DNA of 64,000 bases from the human T2T-CHM13v2.0 reference genome, Homo sapiens: the NCBI RefSeq assembly GCF_009914755.1, contig NC_060948.1; one strand, 5' to 3'. The position numbers and the translations under genes were made by a program. Below are positions 41,943 through 56,173 of the stretch, piece by piece. The notes under the pieces are model-generated. The model did no database searches, was not told where the DNA came from, and was given only the letters and a program-made list of their open reading frames with translations. How positions within the stretch are numbered: position 1 is the first letter of the stretch; every line of letters begins with the position of its first letter.

Positions 41943-44900
41943 ATGGAATCAAATCAATGGAATCTAATCAAATGGAATGGAAAGGAATTGAATGGAGTAG
42001 ATTGGATTGGATGGGATTGGAATGAAATGTACTGGAAAGGACTCGAATTTCATGAAACGGAATGGAATGAATTGGAACGGAATGGACTCGAATGGAATGG
42101 AATGTCATGGAATGGCATCAAATGGAATGGCATCAAATGGAATGGAATCGAATGCAATGGAATGCTATGGAATGGAATGGAATGCATTGGAATGGAATGT
42201 CCTCTAATGGAATGGATTCGAGTGGAATGGAATCGAATATAATGGAGTCGAATGAAATGGAATTGAAAGGAATGGGATCGAATACAATGGAATATACTGG
42301 AATGTAATGTAATGAACTCGAATGTAATTGACTGGAATGGAATGTACATGAATGGAATGTAATCGAATGGAAAGTAATCCAATGGAATAGAATCTAATGC
42401 AATAAAATCGACTCAGATAGAGTAGAATGTAATGGAATGGAGTGCAGTGCAATGGAATGGAATGGAATGGAATGCAATGGAATGGAATGGAATGGAATGG
42501 AATGGAATGGGATGGAATGGTATGGAATGGATAGTAATGGACTGGAGTGAAATGGACTGGAAAGGAATGGACTCAAATTGAAAGGGCTCGAAAGGAATGG
42601 AGTCAAATGGAATGGTCTGGAATGGAATGAACACGAATGTAATGCAATCCAATAGAATGGAGTCGAATGGCATGGAATATAAAGAAATGGAATCGAAGAG
42701 AATGGAAACAAATGGAATGGAATTGAATGGAATGGAATTGAATGGAATGGGAACGAATGGAGTGAAATTGTATGCAGTAGAAGGGAATAGAATGGAATGC
42801 AAGCGAAAGGAAAGGAATGGATTGGAATGGAATGGAATTCATTGGAATGGAAGGGAATGTAGTGTAATGGACAGGCCTGGAATAAAGTGGAATGCTACGG
42901 TCTCGAATGGAATAAAAATGTATGGAATGGAATGCAATGAAACGGAATCGAATGTCATAGAATGTAATGGAATGCAAAAAAATGGAATCCAAAATCATTG
43001 ACTGGAAAGGCTGGGTGTCGAAAGGAATTGACTCCAATGGAATGGAATCGAATGGAATGGAAGTGAATAGAATCGAACTAAATCGAATGGAATGGAATTG
43101 ATAGGAACGGAATGGAAAGGAATGCAATGATTTGGCATGGAATGGAATCGAATGGCATCGAATGGAATGGAATGGAATGCAATGGAATGGAATGTATTAG
43201 AATGTAATGAACTTTAATGGAATGTACTCGAATGGATTCGACTGGAATGGAATGTTCTGGAAGTGAATGGACTCCAATGGAATGGATTCAAAAGGAATGG
43301 AATCGTACGGAATGGAATCTAATGGAATGGAATTAAATGGAAATGAATCAAATTGAATAGCACGGAATTGAATTGAATGGAATGGAATGCAATGGAACCT
43401 AATGAAACGGAAAGGAAAGGAATGGAATGGAATGGAATGGGCTGGAATGGAAAGGAATCGAAACGAATGGAATGGAATCGAACTGAAGAGACTGGAATGG
43501 AATGCACTGGAATGGAAGGGAGTGTAATGGAAGGTTCTCGAAAAAAATGGAATCGAATGGAATGGAATTGAATGGAACGGAATAGAGTCGAATGGAATTG
43601 AATGGAATGGAATGGACTAGAGTGAAATGGAATCGAACCACAAGGAATGGACAGGAATAGAATGGTCTCGAATTGAATGGGATCGTATGGAATGGCATCA
43701 AACGGAATGGAATGGACAGCCACGGAATGGAATGCACTCGAATGCAATGGAGTCGAAACTAATGGACTGGAATAGAATGGACTCGACTGGTACGGACTCC
43801 AATGGAATGGAATCGAATGGAAGGGAATCGAACGGAATGGACTCGAAGGGAAAAGACTGCAATGGAAAGGTCTCGAATGGAATGGAAATTAATGGAATGG
43901 AATGGAATCGAATGAAATGGAGTCAAAAGGAATGGAATCGAATGGCAAGAAATCGAATGTAATGGAATCGCAAGGAATTGATGTGAACGGAACGGAATGG
44001 AATGGAATCCAAAGGAATGGAATAGAATGGAATGGAATCGAATGGAAAGGACTCGAATGGAAATCACTCGAATAGAATGCAATTTAATAAAATAGGATCA
44101 AATGTAATGGAATGGAATGGAAAGGAATCGAAACGAAAGGAATGGAGACAGATGGAATGGAATGGAACAGAGAGCAATGGTATAGAATGGAATGGAATCA
44201 TCTGGAATGGAATTGAATGGAATGGAATAATATGAAATGGAATGGAATGGAATGGAATGGAATGCCCTTGAATTAAATGGACTGGAATGGAATGGACTCG
44301 AACAGAGTGGAATGGAAAGTGTTGAGATAGAATGGAATGGACTCCTTTGGAATGGTGTAGTATGCAATGCAATCGACTGGCAGGGAATCAAAAGGAATGT
44401 AATCGAATGGACTGGACTGGAATGCAATGGACTCGAATAGATTGGAAACGGAATGCAAAGGAATGGAATGGAATAGTATGGAATGGAATGGAAAGGAATG
44501 GAGTGGAATAGACTAGAGTGGAATGGAATGGACTGGAAAGCAATGGACTGGAATGGAACTTTCTTGAATGGACTGGAATCAAACGGAATGGAATGCAATG
44601 CAATCAAATGGCATGGAATAAAATAGAATGAAAGAGAATCGAATGGAATTGAATCGAATGGAATCGAATGGATTGGAAAGGAATAGAATGGAATGGAATG
44701 GAATGGACTCAAATGGAATGGACTAGAATGGAATGGATTCGAATGGAAGGCAAAGGAATGGAATCTATTGGAATGGACTGTAATGGAATGGAATGGAAGG
44801 GATTGGAATGGACTCGAATGGAATGGACTGCAATAGAAAGGATTCGAATGGAATGAAAAAGAATTGAATGGAATAGAACAGAATGGAATCAAATCGAATG

Positions 44901-45496
44901 AAATGGAATGGAATAGAAAGGAATGGAATGAAATGGAATGGAAAGGATTCGAATGGAATGCAATCGAATGGAATGGAATCGAACGGAATGGAATAAAATG
45001 GAAGAAAACTGGCAAGAAATGGAATCGAAATGAATGGAGTGTTATGGAACGGACTCAAAAGGAATTGAATGTAATAGAATGGAGTGGAGTGGACTCGAAT
45101 ATAATGGACTGGAATGGAATGAAATCACATGGAATGGGAACGAATGGAATGGAATGGAAAGGAATGGAATCGAATGGAAAGGAATCGAATGGAAGGGAAT
45201 GAAATTGAATCAACAGGAATGGAAGGGAATAGAATAGACGGTAATGGAATGGACTCGAATAGAATGGACACGAATGCTCAAATTCAATGGACTCGAATGG
45301 AATGGAAACGAAAGGAATGTCATCGAATGGAATTGAATCGATTGGAATGAAATCGCATAGAATGGAGTGGAATCAAATGGAATTGAATCGAAAGGAAAGG
45401 AAGCGAATGGACTGAAATGAAATGGAATGGAATTGAATGGAAAGTAATGCAATGGAATAGAATGGAACGAAATTTCACGGAATGGAATCAAACTGA
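41943..45496 (+). repeat. Unit 13, 3554 bp, right subfamily
   Basis: Anchor spacing 3554; right-type markers. Confidence 0.93.
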
Positions 45497-48400
45497 ATGG
45501 AATCAAATCAATGGAATCAAATCAAATGGAATGGAAAGGAATTGAATGGAGTAGATTGGATTGGATGGGATTGGAATGAAATGTACTGGAAAGGACTCGA
45601 ATTTCATGAAACGGAATGGAATGAATTGGAACGGAATGGACTCGAATGGAATGGAATGTCATGGAATGGCATCAAATGGAATGGCATCAAATGGAATGGA
45701 ATCGAATGCAATGGAATGCTATGGAATGGAATGGAATGCATTGGAATGGAATGTCCTCTAATGGAATGGATTCGAGTGGAATGGAATCGAATATAATGGA
45801 GTCGAATGAAATGGAATTGAAAGGAATGGGATCGAATACAATGGAATATACTGGAATGTAATGTAATGAACTCGAATGTAATTGACTGGAATGGAATGTA
45901 CATGAATGGAATGTAATCGAATGGAAAGTAATCCAATGGAATAGAATCTAATGCAATAAAATCGACTCAGATAGAGTAGAATGTAATGGAATGGAGTGCA
46001 GTGCAATGGAATGGAATGGAATGGAATGCAATGGAATGGAATGGAATGGAATGGAATGGAATGGGATGGAATGGTATGGAATGGATAGTAATGGACTGGA
46101 GTGAAATGGACTGGAAAGGAATGGACTCAAATTGAAAGGGCTCGAAAGGAATGGAGTCAAATGGAATGGTCTGGAATGGAATGAACACGAATGTAATGCA
46201 ATCCAATAGAATGGAATCGAATGGCATGGAATATAAAGAAATGGAATCGAAGAGAATGGAAACAAATGGAATGGAATTGAATGGAATGGAATTGAATGGA
46301 ATGGGAACGAATGGAGTGAAATTGTATGCAGTAGAAGGGAATAGAATGGAATGCAAGCGAAAGGAAAGGAATGGATTGGAATGGAATGGAATTCATTGGA
46401 ATGGAAGGGAATGTAGTGTAATGGACAGGCCTGGAATAAAGTGGAATGCTACGGTCTCGAATGGAATAAAAATGTATGGAATGGAATGCAATGAAACGGA
46501 ATCGAATGTCATAGAATGTAATGGAATGCAAAAAAATGGAATCCAAAATCATTGACTGGAAAGGCTGGGTGTCGAAAGGAATTGACTCCAATGGAATGGA
46601 ATCGAATGGAATGGAAGTGAATAGAATCGAACTAAATCGAATGGAATGGAATTGATAGGAACGGAATGGAAAGGAATGCAATGATTTGGCATGGAATGGA
46701 ATCGAATGGCATCGAATGGAATGGAATGGAATGCAATGGAATGGAATGTATTAGAATGTAATGAACTTTAATGGAATGTACTCGAATGGATTCGACTGGA
46801 ATGGAATGTTCTGGAAGTGAATGGACTCCAATGGAATGGATTCAAAAGGAATGGAATCGTACGGAATGGAATCTAATGGAATGGAATTAAATGGAAATGA
46901 ATCAAATTGAATAGCACGGAATTGAATTGAATGGAATGGAATGCAATGGAATCTAATGAAACGGAAAGGAAAGGAATGGAATGGAATGGAATGGGCTGGA
47001 ATGGAAAGGAATCGAAACGAATGGAATGGAATCGAACTGAAGAGACTGGAATGGAATGCACTGGAATGGAAGGGAGTGTAATGGAAGGTTCTCGAAAAAA
47101 ATGGAATCGAATGGAATGGAATTGAATGGAACGGAATAGAGTCGAATGGAATTGAATGGAATGGAATGGACTAGAGTGAAATGGAATCGAACCACAAGGA
47201 ATGGACAGGAATAGAATGGTCTCGAATTGAATGGAATCGTATGGAATGGCATCAAACGGAATGGAATGGACAGCCACGGAATGGAATGCACTCGAATGCA
47301 ATGGAGTCGAAACTAATGGACTGGAATAGAATGGACTCGACTGGTACGGACTCCAATGGAATGGAATCGAATGGAAGGGAATCGAACGGAATGGACTCGA
47401 AGGGAAAAGACTGCAATGGAAAGGTCTCGAATGGAATGGAAATTAATGGAATGGAATGGAATCGAATGAAATGGAGTCAAAAGGAATGGAATCGAATGGC
47501 AAGAAATCGAATGTAATGGAATCGCAAGGAATTGATGTGAACGGAACGGAATGGAATGGAATCCAAAGGAATGGAATAGAATGGAATGGAATCGAATGGA
47601 AAGGACTCGAATGGAAATCACTCGAATAGAATGCAATTTAATAAAATAGGATCAAATGTAATGGAATGGAATGGAAAGGAATCGAAACGAAAGGAATGGA
47701 GACAGATGGAATGGAATGGAACAGAGAGCAATGGTATAGAATGGAATGGAATCATCTGGAAAGGAATTGAATGGAATGGAATAATATGAAATGGAATGGA
47801 ATGGAATGGAATGGAATGCCCTTGAATTAAATGGACTGGAATGGAATGGACTCGAACAGAGTGGAATGGAAAGTGTTGAGATAGAATGGAATGGACTCCT
47901 TTGGAATGGTGTAGTATGCAATGCAATCGACTGGCAGGGAATCAAAAGGAATGTAATGGAATGGATTGGACTGGAATGCAATGGACTCGAATAGATTGGA
48001 AACGGAATGCAAAGGAATGGAATGGAATAGTATGGAATGGAATGGAAAGGAATGGAGTGGAATAGACTAGAGTGGAATGGAATGGACTGGAAAGAAATGG
48101 ACTGGAATGGAACTTTCTTGAATGGACTGGAATCAAACGGAATGGAATGCAATGCAATCAAATGGCATGGAATAAAATAGAATGAAAGAGAATCAAATGG
48201 AATTGAATCGAATGGAATCGAATGGATTGGAAAGGAATAGAATGGAATGGAATGGAACTGACTCAAATGGAATGGACTAGAACGGAATGGATTCGAATGG
48301 AAGGCAAAGGAATGGAATCTATTGGAATGGACTGTAATGGAATGGAATGGAAGGGATTGGAATGGACTCGAATGGAATGGACTGCAATAGAAAGGATTCG

Positions 48401-49050
48401 AATGGAATGAAAAAGAATTGAATGGAATAGAACAGAATGGAATCAAATCGAATGAAATGGAATGGAATAGAAAGGAATGGAAAGGATTCGAATGGAATGC
48501 AATCGAATGGAATGCAATCGAATGGAATGGAATCGAACGGAATGTAATAAAATGGAAGAAAACTGGCAAGAAATGGAATCGAAATGAATGGAGTGTTATG
48601 GAACGGACTCAAAAGGAATTGAATGTAATAGAATGGAGTGGAGTGGACTCGAATATAATGGACTGGAATGGAATGAAATCACATGGAATGGGAACGAATG
48701 GAATGGAATGGAAAGGAATGGAATCGAATGGAAAGGAATCGAATGGAAGGGAATGAAATTGAATCAACAGGAATGGAAGGGAATAGAATAGACGGTAATG
48801 GAATGGACTCGAATAGAATGGACACGAATGCTCAAATTCAATGGACTCGAATGGAATGGAAACGAAAGGAATGTCATCGAATGGAATTGAATCGATTGGA
48901 ATGAAATCGCATAGAATGGAGTGGAATCAAATGGAATTGAATCGAAAGGAAAGGAAGCGAATGGACTGAAATGAAATGGAATGGAATTGAATGGAAAGTA
49001 ATGCAATGGAATAGAATGGAACGAAATTTCACGGAATGGAATCAAACTGA
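45497..49050 (+). repeat. Unit 14, 3554 bp, right subfamily, with balanced 15 bp deletion/duplication
   Basis: Anchor spacing 3554; rearranged pentamer order at ~48470-48530. Confidence 0.93.
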
Positions 49051-52000
49051 ATGGAATCAAATCAATGGAATCAAATCAAATGGAATGGAAAGGAATTGAA
49101 TGGAGTAGATTGGATTGGATGGGATTGGAATGAAATGTACTGGAAAGGACTCGAATTTCATGAAACGGAATGGAATGAATTGGAACGGAATGGACTCGAA
49201 TGGAATGGAATGTCATGGAATGGCATCAAATGGAATGGCATCAAATGGAATGGAATCGAATGCAATGGAATGCTATGGAATGGAATGGAATGCATTGGAA
49301 TGGAATGTCCTCTAATGGAATGGATTCGAGTGGAATGGAATCGAATATAATGGAGTCGAATGAAATGGAATTGAAAGGAATGGGATCGAATACAATGGAA
49401 TATACTGGAATGTAATGTAATGAACTCGAATGTAATTGACTGGAATGGAATGTACATGAATGGAATGTAATCGAATGGAAAGTAATCCAATGGAATAGAA
49501 TCTAATGCAATAAAACCGACTCAGATAGAGTAGAATGTAATGGAATGGAGTGCAGTGCAATGGAAGGGAATGGAATTGAATGCAATGGAATGGAATGGAA
49601 TGGAATGGAATGGAATGGAATGGGATGGAATGGTATGGAATGGATAGTAATGGACTGGAGTGAAATGGACTGGAAAGGAATGGACTCAAATTGAAAGGGC
49701 TCGAAAGGAATGGAGTCAAATGGAATGGTCTGGAATGGAATGAACACGAATGTAATGCAATCCAATAGAATGGAATCGAATGGCATGGAATATAAAGAAA
49801 TGGAATCGAAGAGAATGGAAACAAATGGAATGGAATTGAATGGAATGGAATTGAATGGAATGGGAACGAATGGAGTGAAATTGTATGCAGTAGAAGGGAA
49901 TAGAATGGAATGCAAGCGAAAGGAAAGGAATGGATTGGAATGGAATGGAATTCATTGGAATGGAAGGGAATGTAGTGTAATGGACAGGCCTGGAATAAAG
50001 TGGAATGCTACGGTCTCGAATGGAATAAAAATGTATGGAATGGAATGCAATGAAACGGAATCGAATGTCATAGAATGTAATGGAATGCAACAAAATGGAA
50101 TCCAAAATCATTGACTGGAAAGGCTGGGTGTCGAAAGGAATTGACTCCAATGGAATGGAATCGAATGGAATGGAAGTGAATAGAATGGAACTAAATCGAA
50201 TGGAATGGAATTGATAGGAACGGAATGGAAAGGAATGCAATGATTTGGCATGGAATGGAATCGAATGGCATCGAATGGAATGGAATGGAATGCAATGGAA
50301 TGGAATGTATTAGAATGTAATGAACTTTAATGGAATGTACTCGAATGGATTCGACTGGAATGGAATGTTCTGGAAGTGAATGGACTCCAATGGAATGGAT
50401 TCAAAAGGAATGGAATCGTACGGAAAGGAATCTAATGGAATGGAATTAAATGGAAGTGAATCAAATTGAATAGCACGGAATTGAATTGAATGGAATGGAA
50501 TGCAATGGAATCTAATGAAACGGAAAGGAAAGGAATGGAATGGAATGGAATGGACTGGAATGGAAAGGAATCGAAACGATTGGAATGGAATCGAACTGAA
50601 GAGACTGGAATGGACTGCACTGGAATGGAAGGGAGTGTAATGGAAGGTTCTCGAAAAAAATGGAATCGAATGGAATGGAATTGAATGGAACGGAATAGAG
50701 TCGAATGGAATTGAGTGGAATGGAATGGACTAGAGTGAAATGGAATCGAACCACAAGGAATGGACAGGAATAGAATGGTCTGGAATTGAATGGAATCGTA
50801 TGGAATGGCATCAAACGGAATGGAATGGACAGCCACGGAATGGAATGCACTCGAATGCAATGGAGTCGAAACTAATGGACTGGAATAGAATGGACTCGAC
50901 TGGTACGGACTCCAATGGAATGGAATCGAATGGAAGGGAATCGAACGGAATGGACTCGAAGGGAAAAGACTGCAATGGAAAGGTCTCGAATGGAATGGAA
51001 ATTAATGGAATGGAATGGAATCGAATGAAATGGAGTCAAAAGGAATGGAATCGAATGGCAAGAAATCGAATGTAATGGAATCGCAAGGAATTGATGTGAA
51101 CGGAACGGAATGGAATGGAATCCAAAGGAATGGAATAGAATGGAATGGAATCGAATGGAAAGGACTCGAATGGAAATCACTCGAATAGAATGCAATTTAA
51201 TAAAATAGGATCAAATGTAATGGAATGGAATGGAAAGGAATCGAAACGAAAGGAATGGAGACAGATGGAATGGAATGGAACAGAGAGCAATGGTATAGAA
51301 TGGAATGGAATCATCTGGAATGGAATTGAATGGAATGGAATAATATGAAATGGAATGGAATGGAATGGAATGGAATGCCCTTGAATTAAATGGACTGGAA
51401 TGGAATGGACTCGAACAGAGTGGAATGGAAAGTGTTGAGATAGAATGGAATGGACTCCTTTGGAATGGTGTAGTATGCAATGCAATCGACTGGCAGGGAA
51501 TCAAAAGGAATGTAATCGAATGGACTGGACTGGAATGCAATGGACTCGAATAGATTGGAAACGGAATGCAAAGGAATGGAATGGAATAGTATGGAATGGA
51601 ATGGAAAGGAATGGAGTGGAATAGACTAGAGTGGAATGGAATGGACTGGAAAGCAATGGACTGGAATGGAACTTTCTTGAATGGACTGGAATCAAACGGA
51701 ATGGAATGCAATGCAATCAAATGGCATGGAATAAAATAGAATGAAAGAGAATCAAATGGAATTGAATCGAATGGAATCGAATGGATTGGAAAGGAATAGA
51801 ATGGAATGGAATGGAACTGACTCAAATGGAATGGACTAGAACGGAATGGATTCGAATGGAAGGCAAAGGAATGGAATCTATTGGAATGGACTGTAATGGA
51901 ATGGAATGGAAGGGATTGGAATGGACTCGAATGGAATGGACTGCAATAGAAAGGATTCGAATGGAATGAAAAAGAATTGAATGGAATAGAACAGAATGGA

Positions 52001-52609
52001 ATCAAATCGAATGAAATGGAATGGAATAGAAAGGAATGGAATGAAATGGAATGGAAAGGATTCGAATGGAATGCAATCGAATGGAATGGAATCGAACGGA
52101 ATGGAATAAAATGGAAGAAAACTGGCAAGAAATGGAATCGAAATGAATGGAGTGTTATGGAACGGACTCAAAAGGAATTGAATGTAATAGAATGGAGTGG
52201 AGTGGACTCGAATATAATGGACTGGAATGGAATGAAATCACATGGAATGGGAACGAATGGAATGGAATGGAAAGGAATGGAATCGAATGGAAAGGAATCG
52301 AATGGAAGGGAATGAAATTGAATCAACAGGAATGGAAGGGAATAGAATAGACGGTAATGGAATGGACTCGAATAGAATGGACACGAATGCTCAAATTCAA
52401 TGGACTCGAATGGAATGGAAACGAAAGGAATGTCATCGAATGGAATTGAATCGATTGGAATGAAATCGCATAGAATGGAGTGGAATCAAATGGAATTGAA
52501 TCGAAAGGAAAGGAAGCGAATGGACTGAAATGAAATGGAATGGAATTGAATGGAAAGTAATGCAATGGAATAGAATGGAACGAAATTTCACGGAATGGAA
52601 TCAAACTGA
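49051..52609 (+). repeat. Unit 15, 3559 bp, right subfamily
   Basis: Anchor spacing; ggaagggaatggaattgaatgcaat variant shared with unit 16. Confidence 0.93.
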
Positions 52610-55600
52610 ATGGAATCAAATCAATGGAATCAAATCAAATGGAATGGAAAGGAATTGAATGGAGTAGATTGGATTGGATGGGATTGGAATGAAATGTACT
52701 GGAAAGGACTCGAATTTCATGAAACGGAATGGAATGAATTGGAACGGAATGGACTCGAATGGAATGGAATGTCATGGAATGGCATCAAATGGAATGGCAT
52801 CAAATGGAATGGAATCGAATGCAATGGAATGCTATGGAATGGAATGGAATGCATTGGAATGGAATGTCCTCTAATGGAATGGATTCGAGTGGAATGGAAT
52901 CGAATATAATGGAGTCGAATGAAATGGAATTGAAAGGAATGGGATCGAATAGAATGGAATATACTGGAATGTAATGTAATGAACTCGAATGTAATTGAGT
53001 GGAATGGAATGTACATGAATGGAATGTAATCGAATGGAAAGTAATCCAATGGAATAGAATCTAATGCAATAAAACCGACTCAGATAGAGTAGAATGTAAT
53101 GGAATGGAGTGCAGTGCAATGGAAGGGAATGGAATTGAATGCAATGGAATGGAATGGAATGGAATGGAATGGAATGGAATGGAATGGGATGGAATGGTAT
53201 GGAATGGATAGTAATGGACTGGAGTGAAATGGACTGGAAAGGAATGGACTCAAATTGAAAGGGCTCGAAAGGAATGGAGTCAAATGGAATGGTCTGGAAT
53301 GGAATGAACACGAATGTAATGCAATCCAATAGAATGGAATCGAATGGCATGGAATATAAAGAAATGGAATCGAAGAGAATGGAAACAAATGGAATGGAAT
53401 TGAATGGAATGGAATTGAATGGAATGGGAACGAATGGAGTGAAATTGTATGCAGTAGAAGGGAATAGAATGGAATGCAAGCGAAAGGAAAGGAATGGATT
53501 GGAATGGAATGGAATTCATTGGAATGGAAGGGAATGTAGTGTAATGGACAGGCCTGGAATAAAGTGGAATGCTACGGTCTCGAATGGAATAAAAATGTAT
53601 GGAATGGAATGCAATGAAACGGAATCGAATGTCATAGAATGTAATGGAATGCAAAAAAATGGAATCCAAAATCATTGACTGGAAAGGCTGGGTGTCGAAA
53701 GGAATTGACTCCAATGGAATGGAATCGAATGGAATGGAAGTGAATAGAATCGAACTAAATCGAATGGAATGGAATTGATAGGAACGGAATGGAAAGGAAT
53801 GCAATGATTTGGCATGGAATGGAATCGAATGGCATCGAATGGAATGGAATGGAATGCAATGGAATGGAATGTATTAGAATGTAATGAACTTTAATGGAAT
53901 GTACTCGAATGGATTCGACTGGAATGGAATGTTCTGGAAGTGAATGGACTCCAATGGAATGGATTCAAAAGGAATGGAATCGTACGGAATGGAATCTAAT
54001 GGAATGGAATTAAATGGAAATGAATCAAATTGAATAGCACGGAATTGAAATGAATGGAATGGAATGCAATGGAATCTAATGAAACGGAAAGGAAAGGAAT
54101 GGAATGGAATGGAATGGACTGGAATGGAAAGGAATCGAAACGAATGGAATGGAATCGAACAGAAGAGACTGGAATGGACAGCACTGGAATGGAAGGGAGT
54201 GTAATGGAAGGTTCTCGAAAAAAATGGAATCGAATGGAATGGAATTGAATGGAACGGAATAGAGTCGAATGGAATTGAGTGGAATGGAATGGACTAGAGT
54301 GAAATGGAATCGAACCACAAGGAATGGACAGGAATAGAATGGTCTCGAATTGAATGGAATCGTATGGAATGGCATCAAACGGAATGGAATGGACAGCCAC
54401 GGAATGGAATGCACTCGAATGCAATGGAGTCGAAACTAATGGACTGGAATAGAATGGACTCGACTGGTACGGACTCCAATGGAATGGAATCGAATGGAAG
54501 GGAATCGAACGGAATGGACTCGAAGGGAAAAGACTGCAATGGAAAGGTCTCGAATGGAATGGAAATTAATGGAATGGAATGGAATCGAATGAAATGGAGT
54601 CAAAAGGAATGGAATCGAATGGCAAGAAATCGAATGTAATGGAATCGCAAGGAATTGATGTGAACGGAACGGAATGGAATGGAATCCAAAGGAATGGAAT
54701 AGAATGGAATGGAATCGAATGGAAAGGACTCGAATGGAAATCACTCGAATAGAATGCAATTTAATAAAATAGGATCAAATGTAATGGAATGGAATGGAAA
54801 GGAATCGAAACGAAAGGAATGGAGACAGATGGAATGGAATGGAACAGAGAGCAATGGTATAGAATGGAATGGAATCATCTGGAATGGAATTGAATGGAAT
54901 GGAATAATATGAAATGGAATGGAATGGAATGGAATGGAATGCCCTTGAATTAAATGGACTGGAATGGAATGGACTCGAACAGAGTGGAATGGAAAGTGTT
55001 GAGATAGAATGGAATGGACTCCTTTGGAATGGTGTAGTATGCAATGCAATCGACTGGCAGGGAATCAAAAGGAATGTAATCGAATGGACTGGACTGGAAT
55101 GCAATGGACTCGAATAGATTGGAAACGGAATGCAAAGGAATGGAATGGAATAGTATGGAATGGAATGGAAAGGAATGGAGTGGAGTAGACTAGAGTGGAA
55201 TGGAATGGACTGGAAAGCAATGGACTGGAATGGAACTTTCTTGAATGGACTGGAATCAAACGCAATGGAATGCAATGCAATCAAATGGCATGGAATAAAA
55301 TAGAATGAAAGAGAATCGAATGGAATTGAATCGAATGGAATCGAATGGATTGGAAAGGAATAGAATGGAATGGAATGGAATTGACTCAAATGGAATGGAC
55401 TAGAATGGAATGGATTCGAATGGAAGGCAAAGGAATGGAATCTATTGGAATGGACTGTAATGGAATGGAATGGAAGGGATTGGAATGGACTCGAATGGAA
55501 TGGACTGCAATAGAAAGGATTCGAATGGAATGAAAAAGAATTGAATGGAATAGAACAGAATGGAATCAAATCGAATGAAATGGAATGGAATAGAAAGGAA

Positions 55601-56173
55601 TGGAATGAAATGGAATGGAAAGGATTCGAATGGAATGCAATCGAATGGAATGGAATCGAACGGAATGGAATAAAATGGAAGAAAACTGGCAAGAAATGGA
55701 ATGGAAATGAATGGAGTGTTATGGAACGGACTCAAAAGGAATTGAATGTAATAGAATGGAGTGGAGTGGACTCGAATATAATGGACTGGAATGGAATGAA
55801 ATCACATGGAATGGGAATGAATGGAATGGAATGGAAAGGAATGGAATCGAATGGAAAGGAATCGAATGGAAGGGAATGAAATTGAATCAACAGGAATGGA
55901 AGGGAATAGAATAGACGGTAATGGAATGGACTCGAATAGAATGGACAGGAATGCTCAAATTGAATGGACTCGAATGGAATGGAAACGAAAGGAATGTCAT
56001 CGAATGGAATTGAATCGATTGGAATGAAATCGTATAGAATGGAGTGGAATCAAATGGAATTGAATCGAAAGGAAAGGAAGCAAATGGACTGAAATGAAAT
56101 GGAATGGAATTGAATGGAAAGTTATGTAATGGAATAGAATGGAACGAAATTTCACGGAATGGAATCAAACTGA
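52610..56173 (+). repeat. Unit 16, 3564 bp, right subfamily
   Basis: Anchor spacing; right-type markers. Confidence 0.93.

Noticed and set aside
41960-41970. DUX4-like motif gAATCTAATCA in units 13 and 18
   Set aside because: Imperfect (lacks the initial T), created by one SNP and present in only two units.
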